Below are positions 36,136 to 48,563 of a DNA stretch of 64,000 nt, piece by piece. The notes below the pieces were generated by a model. The model was not told the origin of the DNA. It was given only the letters and a program-made list of their open reading frames with translations, and ran no database searches. The stretch's first letter is position 1; each line of letters opens with the position of its first letter. Origin of the DNA: Podarcis cretensis. Lineage: Eukaryota. A program made the translations under genes and the position numbers. The DNA is taken from the NCBI GenBank assembly GCA_951804945.1, contig OX638164.1:7626001-7690000 (forward strand). Direction: 5' to 3'.

Positions 36136-36995
36136 CCGCATTCCTAGTGCCCATTGAGACTGGTGGGTCAGAAGGCAGGGAGCCCAAGCAGTAGGTGGAG
36201 ACAGCGCTAATGGCAGGCAGAGCCAGTGAATTTTCTCTCCTCACCTCCTCCCTGCTAAGTTTTACATGGGTAAGATGGAAACTTAGGAGGAGGACGCTGA
36301 CAGGCAGTGGCAGCACCTGGGCTGGTTGCAAGTACAGAGGCAGGCAGGTGTTGGGGGTTGAGGGCAAAATGAGGTTGGTGGAGCAGTGCCCCCTTTTCTG
36401 CAATGGACCTGCCTCCATGACCTGGAATAGACGGTGTCCCTTCTGTTGTCTTCAGAGCTTTAATTCAAGCATGTATCAGCGCTGCCCCTTTAATTAATGG
36501 TTCTTTTGCAGACAGCTGGTATGATTCCCTTTTTAATCCCTTCTGCCTCATTTGCATATGGCTTAGTCAATGACCTAGCCTCCTCCATCTGAGAAATGCA
36601 GGGATTCCCACTCGCCCTTATGGGCACATGCAATGCACTCTAGGTAAGATGATCTCCTTTTATTGACTTTATTTATTTGTGCAGCGGAGGGAGCAGGATG
36701 TAGGCGTTTGTGTTACACAGAACTCATTATCAGGCGTGGTTCTGTATGCTCCCTTTCTCAAAACCTCAACGGCTTATTTAGAAGATCACCTTTAAATATT
36801 TGCATGTCCTCTTCTGTGAGGCAAACGGTTGTGAAAAAGATAGCTCCTGCTAGATGATAGGCCGTGATTGTTGCCATAGGATGTACGGTAGAATCCTATT
36901 CCCAACCATATTCTTAAAACCTGTAATTCTGGAAAACTCTTATTCTGCATTTTATTTTATTTTTTATTTATTTATTACACTTACATATCACCATA

Positions 36996-37339
36996 GGGAC
37001 GCGGGTGGCGCTGTGGGTTAAACCACAGAGCCTAGGACTTGCCGATTAGAAGGTAGGTGGTTCGAATCCCCGCGACAGGGTGAGCTCCCGTTACTCGGAG
37101 CCTGCTCCTGCCAACCTAGCAGTTCGAAAGCATGTCAAAGTGCAAGTAGATAAACAGGTACCGCTCCGGCAGGAAGGTAAAGAGCATTTTCGTGCGCTGC
37201 TCTGGCTAGTCATGCTGGCCACATGACCCGGAAGCTGTACGCCAGCTCCCTCTGCCAATAAAGCGAGATGAGCGCCGCAACCCCAGAGTCGTCCGCAACT
37301 GGACCTAACGGTCAGGGGTCCCTTTACCTTTACCTTTAC
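36996..37339 (+). mobile_element. Sauria SINE (subfamily A)
   Basis: gggacgcgggtggcgctgtgggttaaaccacagagcc...cctttacctttacctttac; imperfect TSD ttacata(t)cacca. Confidence 0.92.
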
Positions 37340-37516
37340 ATACCACCAGCTTCATGGCAGAGTGGGGATTCGAACCCTGCTCTCCCAGGTCCTACTTGGT
37401 AGGGCACACCATTTGCATTTTCTTCCAAGCCACATACTTGCAATATTGCAGAATCCTGTTGTTTTATTTTTGGGGAGTGTGTGTGTCACTGCATGATGGA
37501 AGAACGGGAGCACGAA

Positions 37517-37708
37517 GGGGCCGTAGCTCAGAGGAAGAGCTTCCACCTTGCATGCAGAAGGTCCCAGGTTCAATGCCCTTTATCTCCAGGTAAGACTAAG
37601 AAAGAACCCCCGTCTGAAATCCCCAGGAGCTGCTGCCAGTCCGTGTAGGCAGTAATGAGCTTTATGGACCCAAAGGTCTGACTCATGGGTCAGTACAAGG
37701 TTCCTAGA
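37517..37708 (+). mobile_element. tRNA-Ala-like SINE
   Basis: ggggccgtagctcagagg...tgcatgcagaaggtcccaggttcaat. Confidence 0.75.
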
Positions 37709-37742
37709 GGCAAAACATCTTTCTTTTCACTTAGCTGTAGCG

Positions 37743-38039
37743 TACGGTTGCCATATTTTCAAAAGTGAAAATCTAGACACAAAAGTTGTTGGTTTTTTGG
37801 CAAAGTTGTTGAGCTCAGATAATTATAATAAAATATTTTGCAAAATCTCCCTCCAAAATGAAGTTTTTGACCTATTTTTTTAAGGAAACTGGACAAAAAA
37901 ACAAAACTTTTGGCATGGGTTGCTATACATCCAGGTTTTCCTGGACAGCTTTAGCAATATCGGGAATTTCGCCCGGATGCTTTTTTCAATGGACGAATCC
38001 TGGATATGTCTGGGGAAGCCCAGATGTATGGCAGCCCTA
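37743..38039. mobile_element. hAT (Blackjack-like) MITE
   Basis: TIR ta(c)ggttgccata / tatggcagcccta; 8-bp TSD ctgtagcg / ctgtaggg (1 mismatch). Related ends at ~30259 and 30711. Confidence 0.75.
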
Positions 38040-39544
38040 CTGTAGGGCAGCTGTGACGAACCTTTGGCCTGCCAGATGTTGCTGAACTACAACTCCCATC
38101 AGCCCCTGCAAGCATGAGCAGTGGGCAAGCATGAAGGGAGTTGTTGGTTAGCAACACTGGGTAAACCAAAGCTTTCCTACACCTGCAGGTTACTAAAAGC
38201 AGCCAGAGTTGGGGCAGTAGCCCAAATATGGAGGAAGGAAATCCACCCAGATAGGGTGTGGAGGTTCTCACAAAACACCAGGACCTCCTGCAGAAAAGGA
38301 AGTGGTTGTTTTCAATCAGTGTTCCAGCATAACAGCCAGGAGTCTCACAGCTCCTATAAATCAGGGATTTTTGAACAGCTCTGTGGACCGCCAGTGGCTT
38401 GCAAGCTTCATTGAGCTAGTCTCTGGCAAGCCCACCTTCAATATATTGGTTTTTGTATTTGCATTGCTCCTTTTATTTCTTGTACTGTATTTTAGTCTAT
38501 TGCAATTTGAAATGTGTGAAATTGTGTGAAATGTGTGAAATGTGCAAATTGTAATACAATATATGAAATAAAGGAAGCTATAAAGATACAATTAAAAACA
38601 GCATCTATCACAGCACGGTGCAGTTGCTACAAGAGGCCAAAACGTCATTCAGTCCTCATAACCAGGAGGACTAGGCACTTGACTTTAAAGCAAGAAAATT
38701 GATAGTTGGCAGGAATTCAGAATAGATTCCATCCATTTATTCTTAACCCGCTATTGATTTTGTGTATGTGTGTTAATCCCTTTTTGGTGCATCGGGATAA
38801 TCTGGGCTTGCTTTCCTGTGTATTTCTAAAACATATATACAATGTAAGGTCAGAGATGAAGTCATTTAGTATCCGTGTGTGTGTGAGAGACATTAATGCA
38901 CCAAGAAAAGGCACAAATGTCTCTTCCTCGCCCCTTGAAGATTTTTCTTAAATGTTCCCCTTATGACAAGCTGTTTTCTTTAGCCAAGCTGGTTTTAGAT
39001 TAAGATATTTATCCAGTAAAAATGGAGAACAGAGATTACTCTTGACGGGCTGGATATAGGGCTGCAGGCTCCGAGTCTGGGTTGGCTGCATCTTTCGTGC
39101 ACAAAATTAAGAAGGAAAAAAAATGTGTGTTGTGGGGGGCGGGGGCGGTTCAGTAGTTGCTGACAACCAGAGGACAAAAATCCTCCCCAATACTTCAAAT
39201 TTATTGACCCATTCTTCCAATGGGAGCTATAAGAACATAAGATCAAGCCAATGCCTCATCTAGTCCATCATCCTATTTTCACAGTCACCAAATATTTTTC
39301 CCAATGGGAAGCCCGCAAGCATAATTTGAGCGCAATAGCACTTTCCTTGCCTGTAATTCCCAGCAACTGATATTCATATTGCTTCCCAGTCCTCCACCTC
39401 CAATAGGTTGTTTAGATTTGTGCTCTAAGGACCTCAGCTACAGCCGGGCAAAACGTGTCATTCTATGGTGCTGAGGGTGGTCCTCTGAACTAAGGGTTAC
39501 CTGGTGGTCAATGCTCAGCTAACTTAGCAGCATCATTTCTATTA

Positions 39545-39788
39545 CAGCGGTACCTTGGTTTGCATATGTCTTAGTTTGCATACGTTTTGGATTACAAACA
39601 CATCAAACCCGGAAGTGCGTGTCCCGGTTTGCAACCTTTTTTATTATTATTACAACCCATTTTTTTGGGATTACGAACAAATTTTTTTTGGAGGCCCCAT
39701 TGGCAAAAGCGCACCTTGGGTTACAATCTGTTTTGGTTTACAAATGGACCTCCGGAACGGATTATGGTTTTAAACCAAGGTACCACTG
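39545..39788. mobile_element. pogo/Tigger-like MITE
   Basis: TA|cagcggtaccttggttt ... aaaccaaggtaccactg|TA. Confidence 0.85.
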
Positions 39789-39795
39789 TATTTAT

Positions 39796-40157
39796 GGGAC
39801 GCAGGTGGCGCTGTGGGTTAAAGCCTCAGCGCCTAGGGCTTGCCGATCGAAAGGTCGGCGGTTCGAATCCCTGCGGTGGGGTGCGCTCCCGCTGCTCGGT
39901 CCCAGCGCCTGCCAACCTAGCAGTTCGAAAGCACCTCCGGGTGCAAGTAGATAAATAGGGACCGCTTACCGGCGGGAAGGTAAACGGCGTTTCCGTGTGC
40001 GGCTCTGGCTCGCCAGAGCAGCGATGTCACGCTGGCCACGTGACCCGGAAGTGTCTCCGGACAGCGCTGGCCCCTGGCCTCTTAAGTGAGATGGGCGCAC
40101 AACCCCAGAGTCTGTCAAGACTGGCCCGTACGGGCAGGGGTACCTTTACCTTTACCT
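39796..40157 (+). mobile_element. Sauria SINE (subfamily B) with a 13-bp TSD
   Basis: TSD TACCACTGTATTT at 39781-39793 and 40158-40170. Confidence 0.93.
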
Positions 40158-40295
40158 TACCACTGTATTTGGGCATCGAGGGTGCCATCTAGGCTTCAGT
40201 ACCAGCCTGCCTGGACACTCTGTCAGCTGACTCTTGAGGGCCAATCCCAGGCCACCAGCCCCTATAAAGCCCTGGCCTCAGAGGATGCTCTTCAG

Positions 40296-40482
40296 CAGGG
40301 GTCAGCAAACTTTTTCAGCAGGGGGCCGGTCCACTGTTCCTCAGACCTTGTGGGGGGCCGGACTATATTTTTTTGGAGGGGGGAAATGAGCGAATTCCTA
40401 TGCCCCGCAAATAATCCAGAGATGTATTTTAAATAAAAGGACACATTCTACTCATGTAAAAACACCAGGCAGGCCTCACAAA
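40296..40482 (+). mobile_element. hAT-Charlie-like non-autonomous element, one end only
   Basis: caggggtcagcaaactttttcagcagggggccgg terminus. Confidence 0.55.
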
Positions 40483-41869
40483 TATTTTTTGCTCCATGAG
40501 GTGGCCCCTTTGCATCACAAGGACTGAGGCCTAGTCCCAGTTACCACAAGCAGACCAAGGATAGGGACACAGCACTGGTTTCCAACTCTGGGGAACCGGT
40601 TTTCCTGGCACATATTGAACGCTGACAGTCTGCAAACATTAATATTTGAGGAGGTGGTGAATAACTGAGGGGCGATGAGAAACCAACACCGTTTGTGACG
40701 TCTTCTTGTGCAGAAATAGCTTTAATGTGCAGAAATTGGAAGCACTTTTGTGTTTTTCTGGTCAGCGTTTAACGATCCCTCGTCCCAACACCTGGCAATG
40801 GGTTTGCTCATTTTATGGGTGCATTTATTGCTTGATGTTAAGCCCATTTTTGTCCCATTGTATGTCAGAGGGTTATGCGGGATCTTGAGAAAAGACCCAG
40901 AAATCTAAAGGTCCTCATGTGAAGCATTGCCTTGCTTCATTGCTTGATAGGAAGCTGCACAATCCATATCTGGAAATGTTCCATGTTTAGATGCGTGTGC
41001 AATCATATTGTTACTGCCGTTAACTTATTTGCACAGTGCTTCCAGCACACATCAGGACAGGCCGTAGCTTCAGCGGCAGAACACATGCCAAATGTTCAGG
41101 TCCCCAATCCTTGGAACCTCCACTTTTTAAAAAGGATATTCTCTGTTTCAGTGCTGCTGTGTCTGAAGAATGGGCCTTCACACTCCAGCTTGAGCGGAAA
41201 GCAGTCAACAAGCAGGAAGCGGGCATCGTTCCAAGTAGATTCCTAAGGGGTGCCAGCCAGCCAGTGCTAATTGAAGGTAATTGCCTCATCAATATTTATA
41301 ATCCCTATTCTTTCCCCTCCCCCAAACGATGATCTGGTTATGCCAACAAATCAGCGTGGGCCTGAGGGGCCCCTAGTGTCGTCGTCACTCGCTAATGTTT
41401 CTTTAAAATGCCAAGGACTTGGTGCTTTACGTAGGAAATTAATGAAAAACCCACAGTGCCCCAATCTGCAGGCTTATGATTTACGTGTTGGGAGAGGAAA
41501 TGGGGATTTCTGGCTACCTCTCAGTTGTGGTGTGATCTGCCACCAGGATTCTAGGGTCACATCTGCACCACACATCTAAAGCAGGATCATACCGCTTTAG
41601 ACAGGGCTTCCACCAAAGAATCCTGGAAACTGTAATAGTAAATTATTATTATCATTATCATTATCATTTGTACCCTGCCCATCTGACTGGGTTTCCCCAT
41701 CAACTCTGGGCTACTTTATTGTTATTATCATTATTATTAGTAGTATTTATTGCATTTATATACTGCTCTATACCTACAGGTCTCAGGGCAGTTCCAAGGA
41801 TAAAATTAGAATATAAAACCACAAAATACATAATCAAAATAAAAACAACAGCAACCAGAGTGGTTAGGA

Positions 41870-42005
41870 CAGGCATAGGCAAACTCGGTCCTCCAGATGT
41901 TTTGGGACTACAACTCCCATCATCCCTAGCTAACAGGACCAGTTTTCAGGGATGCTGGGAATTGTAGTCCCAAAACATCTGAAGGGCCAAGTTTGCCTGT
42001 GCCTG
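41870..42005. mobile_element. Palindromic hAT MITE with a perfect 8-bp TSD
   Basis: TIR caggcataggcaaact / agtttgcctgtgcctg; TSD GGTTAGGA at 41862-41869 and 42006-42013. Confidence 0.9.
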
Positions 42006-43862
42006 GGTTAGGAGAACCCCTATAAGAAAACACAATGGTGTTTTTTCCTTGAAAAAACGTTTAGGGGTACTCCCATTTTGACTCAAGAAAATCACCATTT
42101 TATAGTTAAAATACAGTATATGGACAAAAGTACAAAGATTCACAAAATGTTTAGGGGTATACGTACCCCTGCGTTTCCCCCCGTCCCAGAGGGGGGGAAA
42201 AAGCACGGAGAAGGCATCCTGGTTTAACCTAGTCCTAGCCAAGTTAACTGGCTGCATCTTTGCCTGGTGTTTTGGATACCCCTCTCTCTGTGATTTCTCC
42301 TTCCAGCAAGGATGAATTGGTCCACCAATGGAACAAGATTGCTGGTGGGGCAACCTGCCACATAGGTGAAGTTGGACAGGATGCTCCAGCATTTGCTGGG
42401 CTCTAGCAGCTGTTGCACAGGGTGAGAAAGAAGACGCTTGTACCTGTCAAGCAGCAACAGTTGGAGATCGTGGAGGTTTGCCACGGAGCAGCAATTACGA
42501 TACAGCCTGGCTTCCTATAATATCTCAACATGGGTGCATTTGTCAACAAGAGAAGATCAATAGGAGGTTGTCAGATTTCCTACGCCTAGAGAAACGGGAT
42601 CTTTAAATTCACTCTTCTTCTTTTGTTTGTTTTCTTTCTCTTTGACAAGTTTTAAAGCTGTGTGCTCTCGGCCTTGATGATCAGTGTGGCGGTGGGGGGA
42701 GGGACGATGGGAAATTTGGAGCTTATTAGAAAATGGGGCTTGACTCTATAAAACCAGCTTAGTTTGACCAGTCGGCTCTGCTGGGGAACATGGACAGTCT
42801 GCTGAATGAGGAAAGGAGGAAAAAGGAACCTTTTAGAACTGCCTTCTTCTATAGATCCTTGCCTTTTCTCTTAAGAGCTGCATGCTACCCAAAAATGGGA
42901 CTATAACTTCTGTAATAGCTTTATATGTTGGCTGTCTCTCCAGGAAATAAACCAAACCCAGATGCATGGGATAAACCCTTTTTCTTTTAAAAACACCCCC
43001 ACTATGAGCCATTTCTATTTGCAAGACAGTAGGAGGATTGTTTGTTCCATAGGCTTCTTTTGAAGACCTGATTCACTCTTGGCAATGCCAACTAAGCCCC
43101 CCAAACCTATCTATTGTCATGAAATATGAGCCAGGGTTCAATTGTAGCATTAAAAGAGTTGCTGTGACTTGGAATGTGTGATGTAATAATGTGTGGAGTT
43201 CCTTTCCGTTGTTCCGGCGAAATCAAAACTGCCCTCCATGTATCTGAGGTTTTTATTTGGGAGAGGGGCTTTCAGGAGAGGGGGGGGCGGGGACTTCAAC
43301 ATGGATGTGAGCCCCATCACTTATCTTTACAAATTAGCTGCACATTTTCTGTCAAAAGCGAAGAGAGGCTAGCTTCATGTCGTCAGGGATGGGCAGCCTG
43401 AGTTTCAGGGCCAGATGTGACCATCCAGTATTCTCTATCTGGCCCTTAGGCCTTCTTCCAGGCCACACCCCGTCCCTAACCACACCCCTCACTGGGCCTA
43501 GTATAATACATTTTTTAATGTACAGTGCAGATGGGGGCCTTAGCCATGTCTACTCGTTTTGGTGGGTGAGTAGCTCTAATTGGATACCACCCTTTGGTTA
43601 TTAAATCTTTGCCACCATGTGGAAGGTGCCATTTTGGATTCTTTGCCTCAGGCTCCACCCCATTTCTGGCTCCTCCCCCAGCACTTTCTTTCACCTTATT
43701 GCCTTATTAAGGGCAGAAGGACCCAGCTTTACTCGTGGCAATAGAAAATGAGTATTCATGTGCACTCGTGTATTATTATTATTACGCTGGTGTGGTTTTT
43801 TAATGTGGTTTTCCATATTGTGTGCTTACTGTTTAATTCTGCAGTTATTTTTGCAAGCAGGG

Positions 43863-43863
<1 letters not shown>

Positions 43864-43899
<36 letters not shown>
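43864..43899. repeat. (ATT)n microsatellite
   Basis: 12 units. Confidence 0.95.
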
Positions 43900-44208
43900 T
43901 TGTTAAGCCAACAATGTAAGACCTAAATGACTTGCCTTCTGCTTCCCAAGCATTAGGCTGGTGGGTCTGAATTAAGCAGGTTGTGTCTCTCTGCATAATG
44001 AATAGCTTTAAATCTTTCCCCTTAGACCTTAATGGACAGAGCCCTGTCCTGCTTAAATAATTTACAGTGCCCATAAATGAGAGGGTTTTCTCTCCCCCCC
44101 CCCAACTCTTTTCAAACTGCACACATTCTGTTTCCATAGAAACACATGCAGTCTTTCTGTTTTTGCCTCGCCTTCGGCAAATCAATAGTGGTTTATTTCT
44201 CTTTTCCT

Positions 44209-44236
44209 ACACACACACACACACACACACACACAC
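44209..44236. repeat. (AC)n microsatellite
   Basis: ~14 units. Confidence 0.95.
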
Positions 44237-44660
44237 CCCTCCTGCCTTTTAAGGCCTTCTGTGGAGGCCTTGGGAAGGAGAAAGAGATGTCAAAGGCACG
44301 GTTCCCTTTTGCACTCTGTGGGATAACTTTGTGGTGTAGAGCCTGGGGGGTTCTGAGCAGCAATTGACCCACCGGTGTGATTAAGAAGTGGCGGTTTTAA
44401 TTGCACATTATACTGCAACCCACCTCCCCTCCCCGTGAACTGCTGCTGGCTGAGGACAACCCAAAGCTCTTGGATCCTCGAAGGACCCCCGCCATGAGGA
44501 ACAGGCCCGTTGATAGTCAGGCCCCCTCCAATGTACAGGGGCGGCACTATATAAATAGCTAAACGCATTGCCTTTATGATTTGTGAGAAATTCCAGTCAG
44601 AGCTACAGGGTCCTGTTTCCTTTTGTACAAGAGAGCTCTGATGATTTATTGTATCCTCGG

Positions 44661-44815
44661 GGAACATAGGAAGCTGCCTTATTCCTAGTCAGACCATTGC
44701 TCCATCTGGCTCCGTATTGTCATCAGAGCAGCCCTCCAGGGTTTCAGACAGGAGTCTTTCGCAGCTGGGGAATTGAACCGAGGACCTTTTGCATGCAAAG
44801 CTTGTGCTGTGCCAC
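44661..44815 (-). mobile_element. tRNA-Ala-like SINE
   Basis: ggaacataggaagctgcctta...gggaattgaaccgaggaccttttgcatgcaaagc, the reverse complement of the family. Confidence 0.75.
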
Positions 44816-45499
44816 TTATTGGAAGGCTGTGCAAAACAGGCAGGAAAATGGTTGTTTCTGCGCTGTTGGATTCTCAGAGAGCAATAATGCCCCTCCCTCT
44901 TCCCCTGCGCTTCATGGCTTAGGCTGCTTCTGGCTCAGCTAAACTCCCAGCTCCGTTTCCAGATATATGTGTTTGTAGATGTACCGCAGGTGAAAACGCT
45001 CTGATGGGTGTCTCATTCCAAAGGCCAGGGGGAGAGATTCCAAGGCCATCAAGGTATGAGGAGATACTTCCATTAGGTAGCTGCCTACCTGTTAGGTTTA
45101 GCAGGCAAAACTATAGCAAAGGCTCATTTTGATGAGTAAGAAGGTACCCATACTTAGAACAACATGAAAGCCAGTTCCTCACATTCCAACCCTTCCCATC
45201 TCGCAGCTTTGTTCCCCACCTCACCCATCCCTGGACGACTGCAGTTTTGAACCTATTTTGTAGGTTCTTGCATTAAAATAATCACACAGGATGGTGTTTT
45301 GTTTGCTTTTTAAAATCCCACAGTCATTGCCCTGTGAATAAGGTGCAGACATTTAGTCAATCAGGATGCTTTTAATTAATCAATTGGATGGATTGGCTAA
45401 ATGTTTGCCTCCTTTAAATTGTATGTGTATTACTGCCAGTGGGTTTTTTCTGTTGCTACACTTCAGTATGGAGTTCTGGCACCTTTAAAAAAAATCCTT

Positions 45500-46125
45500 C
45501 TTATTATTTATTGAACTTACCTGCCACTTTGTTTACTAATCTTAATTCAAAGCAACTTACAAACATACACTAAAACCAAAGTAAAGGTAAAACGGAGTAA
45601 AAGCTAAAATGCATTCACATTTATAAAGAGGCAGGACCAAGACATTCTGCTCACTGAAGGAGGAGGTCAACGGCCTGGTGGAAAAGAAATGTTCTTGCCT
45701 GGTGTCCAGATACAGGTAATGATGGCGCCAAGTGAGTCTCGCTGGGGAGAACATAAGCAGGGGGCCACTACTGAGCAGGCCTGTTCTTGTGTTGACACCC
45801 CCTGTACTCCCTTGGAGGGGAAATGGGAGAGAAGGGCATCTGGTGACTAATGGGGGTCCGGGTTGGTTCATGCGGAAAGAGGCGGTCCTTGTGGTATTGG
45901 GTCTGGAGCTGCTTAAGGCTTTGTAGGTCAAAACTTGAACTGAGCCCAGAAAACTAAGTGGAAACTAATGCGGTCATGCCTGAATTGGTGTTATGTGCTC
46001 AGACCATCTTCTCTTGGTCAGCAGTTTGACTGCAGTTGCCAAACTGTCTTCAAAGGCAGACCTACATATAATGCATTACAGTGATCTAACCTAGAGGTTA
46101 GAAGGGTGTAGACAACAGAAGCAGG
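45500..46125 (-). mobile_element. Old L2-clade LINE 3' fragment
   Basis: TSRLDHCNALYVGLPLKTVWQLQ and TYKAL motifs on the - strand. Confidence 0.8.
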
Positions 46126-47308
46126 GTTGATGAACCCCTGATGCTCCAAATCGTTACTTCCCTTCCCACTGAATGGGCCAACTTTGGCAAGGGGTAGGCC
46201 CACCAACCTGTCAATCATCTGATGTCATAATGATAGTAGATGATTGATACTCGTGGAAGGGGGGCAAATGGCGCACATGAGTAGGCGTTCGACTCTTCAC
46301 CTGTTGGACAAGGAGTTCAGTCCTTCTTTGTCCAGATTTGGGTGTGTGAGGGAGTTCTGTGCATGGTACCCCCTCATGCACCCAAACTGAGGAGTATTCA
46401 GCCCCCCCCCCCCATCAGCTAACTGGTTCGGTGTTGGTGTGTGATAATCCTGTCTTATGCCGGTTTTGTGTTAGTGAAGCAGGCTTTGAGTTACCCGCAC
46501 CCCGGTTTCTGTGTTACAAAAGCACTGAGTATTGCCTTCACATTCTCGCCGTACTCCCTTCTTGTAAATCTTATTTCATGTTTGAATTCCCTCAGCTATT
46601 TCAAGAATGTCATCCTACTGAGGTCAGATTACTTTCCCATGCAATGTATAGAGAGAGCAAGCCTGCGAGGCATAGCACTTTTCAATTAAGTCCCTCTACT
46701 TTTCTCAATTAATTTCTTAATTTAGAAGTATAGGAGGCTGGAATTCTAGTATGGAATAGCAACACATCAGTCACAAGATACAAAGGGGGAGGGGAACCCC
46801 CCCACACACACACTTCAGATAGTTTTAAAGGCTGTTCTAGAGAGGGTCAATGCCCCCCAACACATTTTTCTGAAAGCCAGATGTGGTTGTTTGGGTCCTC
46901 GCCTTCGTAGCATTGAAGTATTGCTTTTTTAAAGACATAAATTTGCATTGTGGCTTGAGAGTTGAGCAAATAAGGTGGCAAGACAGATGCTCATCTAGTG
47001 GGGAGCGGGGAAGACGCCCACATTCTCCAGGAACGGAGAGACACAGGTTCAAATCCCTGACTAGTCTTGGACCCTGGACCCCAAGGAGGAGACACTGTTT
47101 TCCCTGTGTGGCAGGTAACCCAGAGCAGCCGTAGGAACAGAGAACCCCTTTCCTTCCCACAGTTGCTCCAGCAAAAGTGCTGCCTGGTGACTATCTGTAG
47201 GAGGCTAGTAAAACCAGGTCATTTTCTAGATCCCCCGATCCTCTTTGTATGCCCATTCTTTCCATTGCTGTGGTTGGTATCAGTTTGTTCATTTGTTCTC
47301 TCAGCTTC

Positions 47309-48381
47309 TGTAGTAATGCTCACCCCCAACCGCTTGCCCCTCCCTTCTCCTGTCTCTGCTCTCCGGCCAGACTAGGACGCCCAGGGCAAGGTTGGCGGGT
47401 GAATTACTTTTTTCAGAACAGAACAAACACGACCCGGTAGGGCTGCCACCACTCCCTATGTCCAGGGGACACCGAACCACAACCCAGGGAGAAGGCTGTG
47501 ACCCATTTAACCTGGCTGTCCCCCTGTTCCACAAGCTGTATCCACAGACTTGCAGGCAGAAGTTCTACGGTAGAGCGTAACCAAGCGTAAGGCTAGGACT
47601 TAGCTATTCCCTCCGGAAAGGCACACAAACTGAAACAGTTTCATTCTAAAAAGGTTTATTTTAAAATAACATAAAAACATGCTAGATTAGCAGGCACTCT
47701 TTTGAACGTTACAGACAAGAAAATAAGAACATTGCATAGTATACCTAGCTATACATACTCACAAGCTCTAACACACAATAGGATAGTTGAAACCTTTAGG
47801 ACTCTGCAAGTTGAAGGCTTTTGAAGATCTCCATTTCAAAAGGCAAAACGACGGCTGATAAGATGGGACATCAGAGCCGGGCCTCTATGCGGATTGCAGA
47901 GCAATGGCAGAGAGCGCCATTTCTCAAACAATTCCCTGATCCTTTATTCACAATTCGCATTCTGCGTCGTAACTTTCAAGCCAATCATAAGACTCAAATT
48001 ATTTTTGAATACACCAATGACCGGCTTGCTGGTCAATCAATTTACTTCTTGACAGCTGGGCCAATTTGGAATCCAAACTTTAAATCAAAGGGTTTCCTCC
48101 CTTCCGTGGAAATTAGCCAGAGACACATTCCCAAGCAATCCAAGGACAGATAGCATCACTGAGGGGGGATGTTTGCACCCTCGAACTCAGGTGTTAGATC
48201 TTTCATTAAATCAAGGCTTCCTTGGTTCCCATAAAGCTTTCAACTAAGGAGACATCTAGTCTAGAGTTTAAAGATACACACTTCTTTCCCAGGGTCCTTG
48301 TGGCTGATGAAACTCCCACAAGGCCTCACTCCTTTTGCTTGACCAAAGAATAATTTTCTAAATAAGACTAACTTTACTACA
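47309..48381 (-). repeat. 3' LTR
   Basis: Direct repeat of 53698-54770; one mismatch found by eye (A47847 vs G54236). Confidence 0.97.
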
Positions 48382-48392
48382 CCCTCCCCTCT
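48382..48392 (-). other. Polypurine tract AGAGGGGAGGG
   Basis: Directly abuts the 3' LTR TG on the - strand. Confidence 0.9.
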
Positions 48393-48563
48393 AAGATGAA
48401 ATTATAGGGTGAAGTCCCATAATTTCATCAAAGAAAATTATTTACAGACTGAGGTAGATCATCCGGTCCAGGGGGCTTTAGCAGCTTTTAAGACATACAT
48501 CACTAGCAGCACCCCCCTAATCCGATTTTTCACAGTTCTTAGGCAATACTCAATAATAACATC

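Noticed and set aside
47110-47304. Donor-like CAG|GTAACC and acceptor-like ttgttctctcag right at the LTR insertion site
   Set aside because: Such motifs are common by chance and there is no other evidence of an exon there.
47821-48153. 110-aa ORF repeated in both LTRs (also 54210-54542)
   Set aside because: Antisense to the element, TTG start and no motif; the repetition simply reflects LTR identity.
48296-48323. CTGATGA inside an 8-bp hairpin (ccttgtgg...ccacaagg) in each LTR, suggestive of a hammerhead ribozyme
   Set aside because: CTGATGA and GAAAC overlap, leaving no stem II or stem III; only a simple hairpin, and on the antisense strand of the element.
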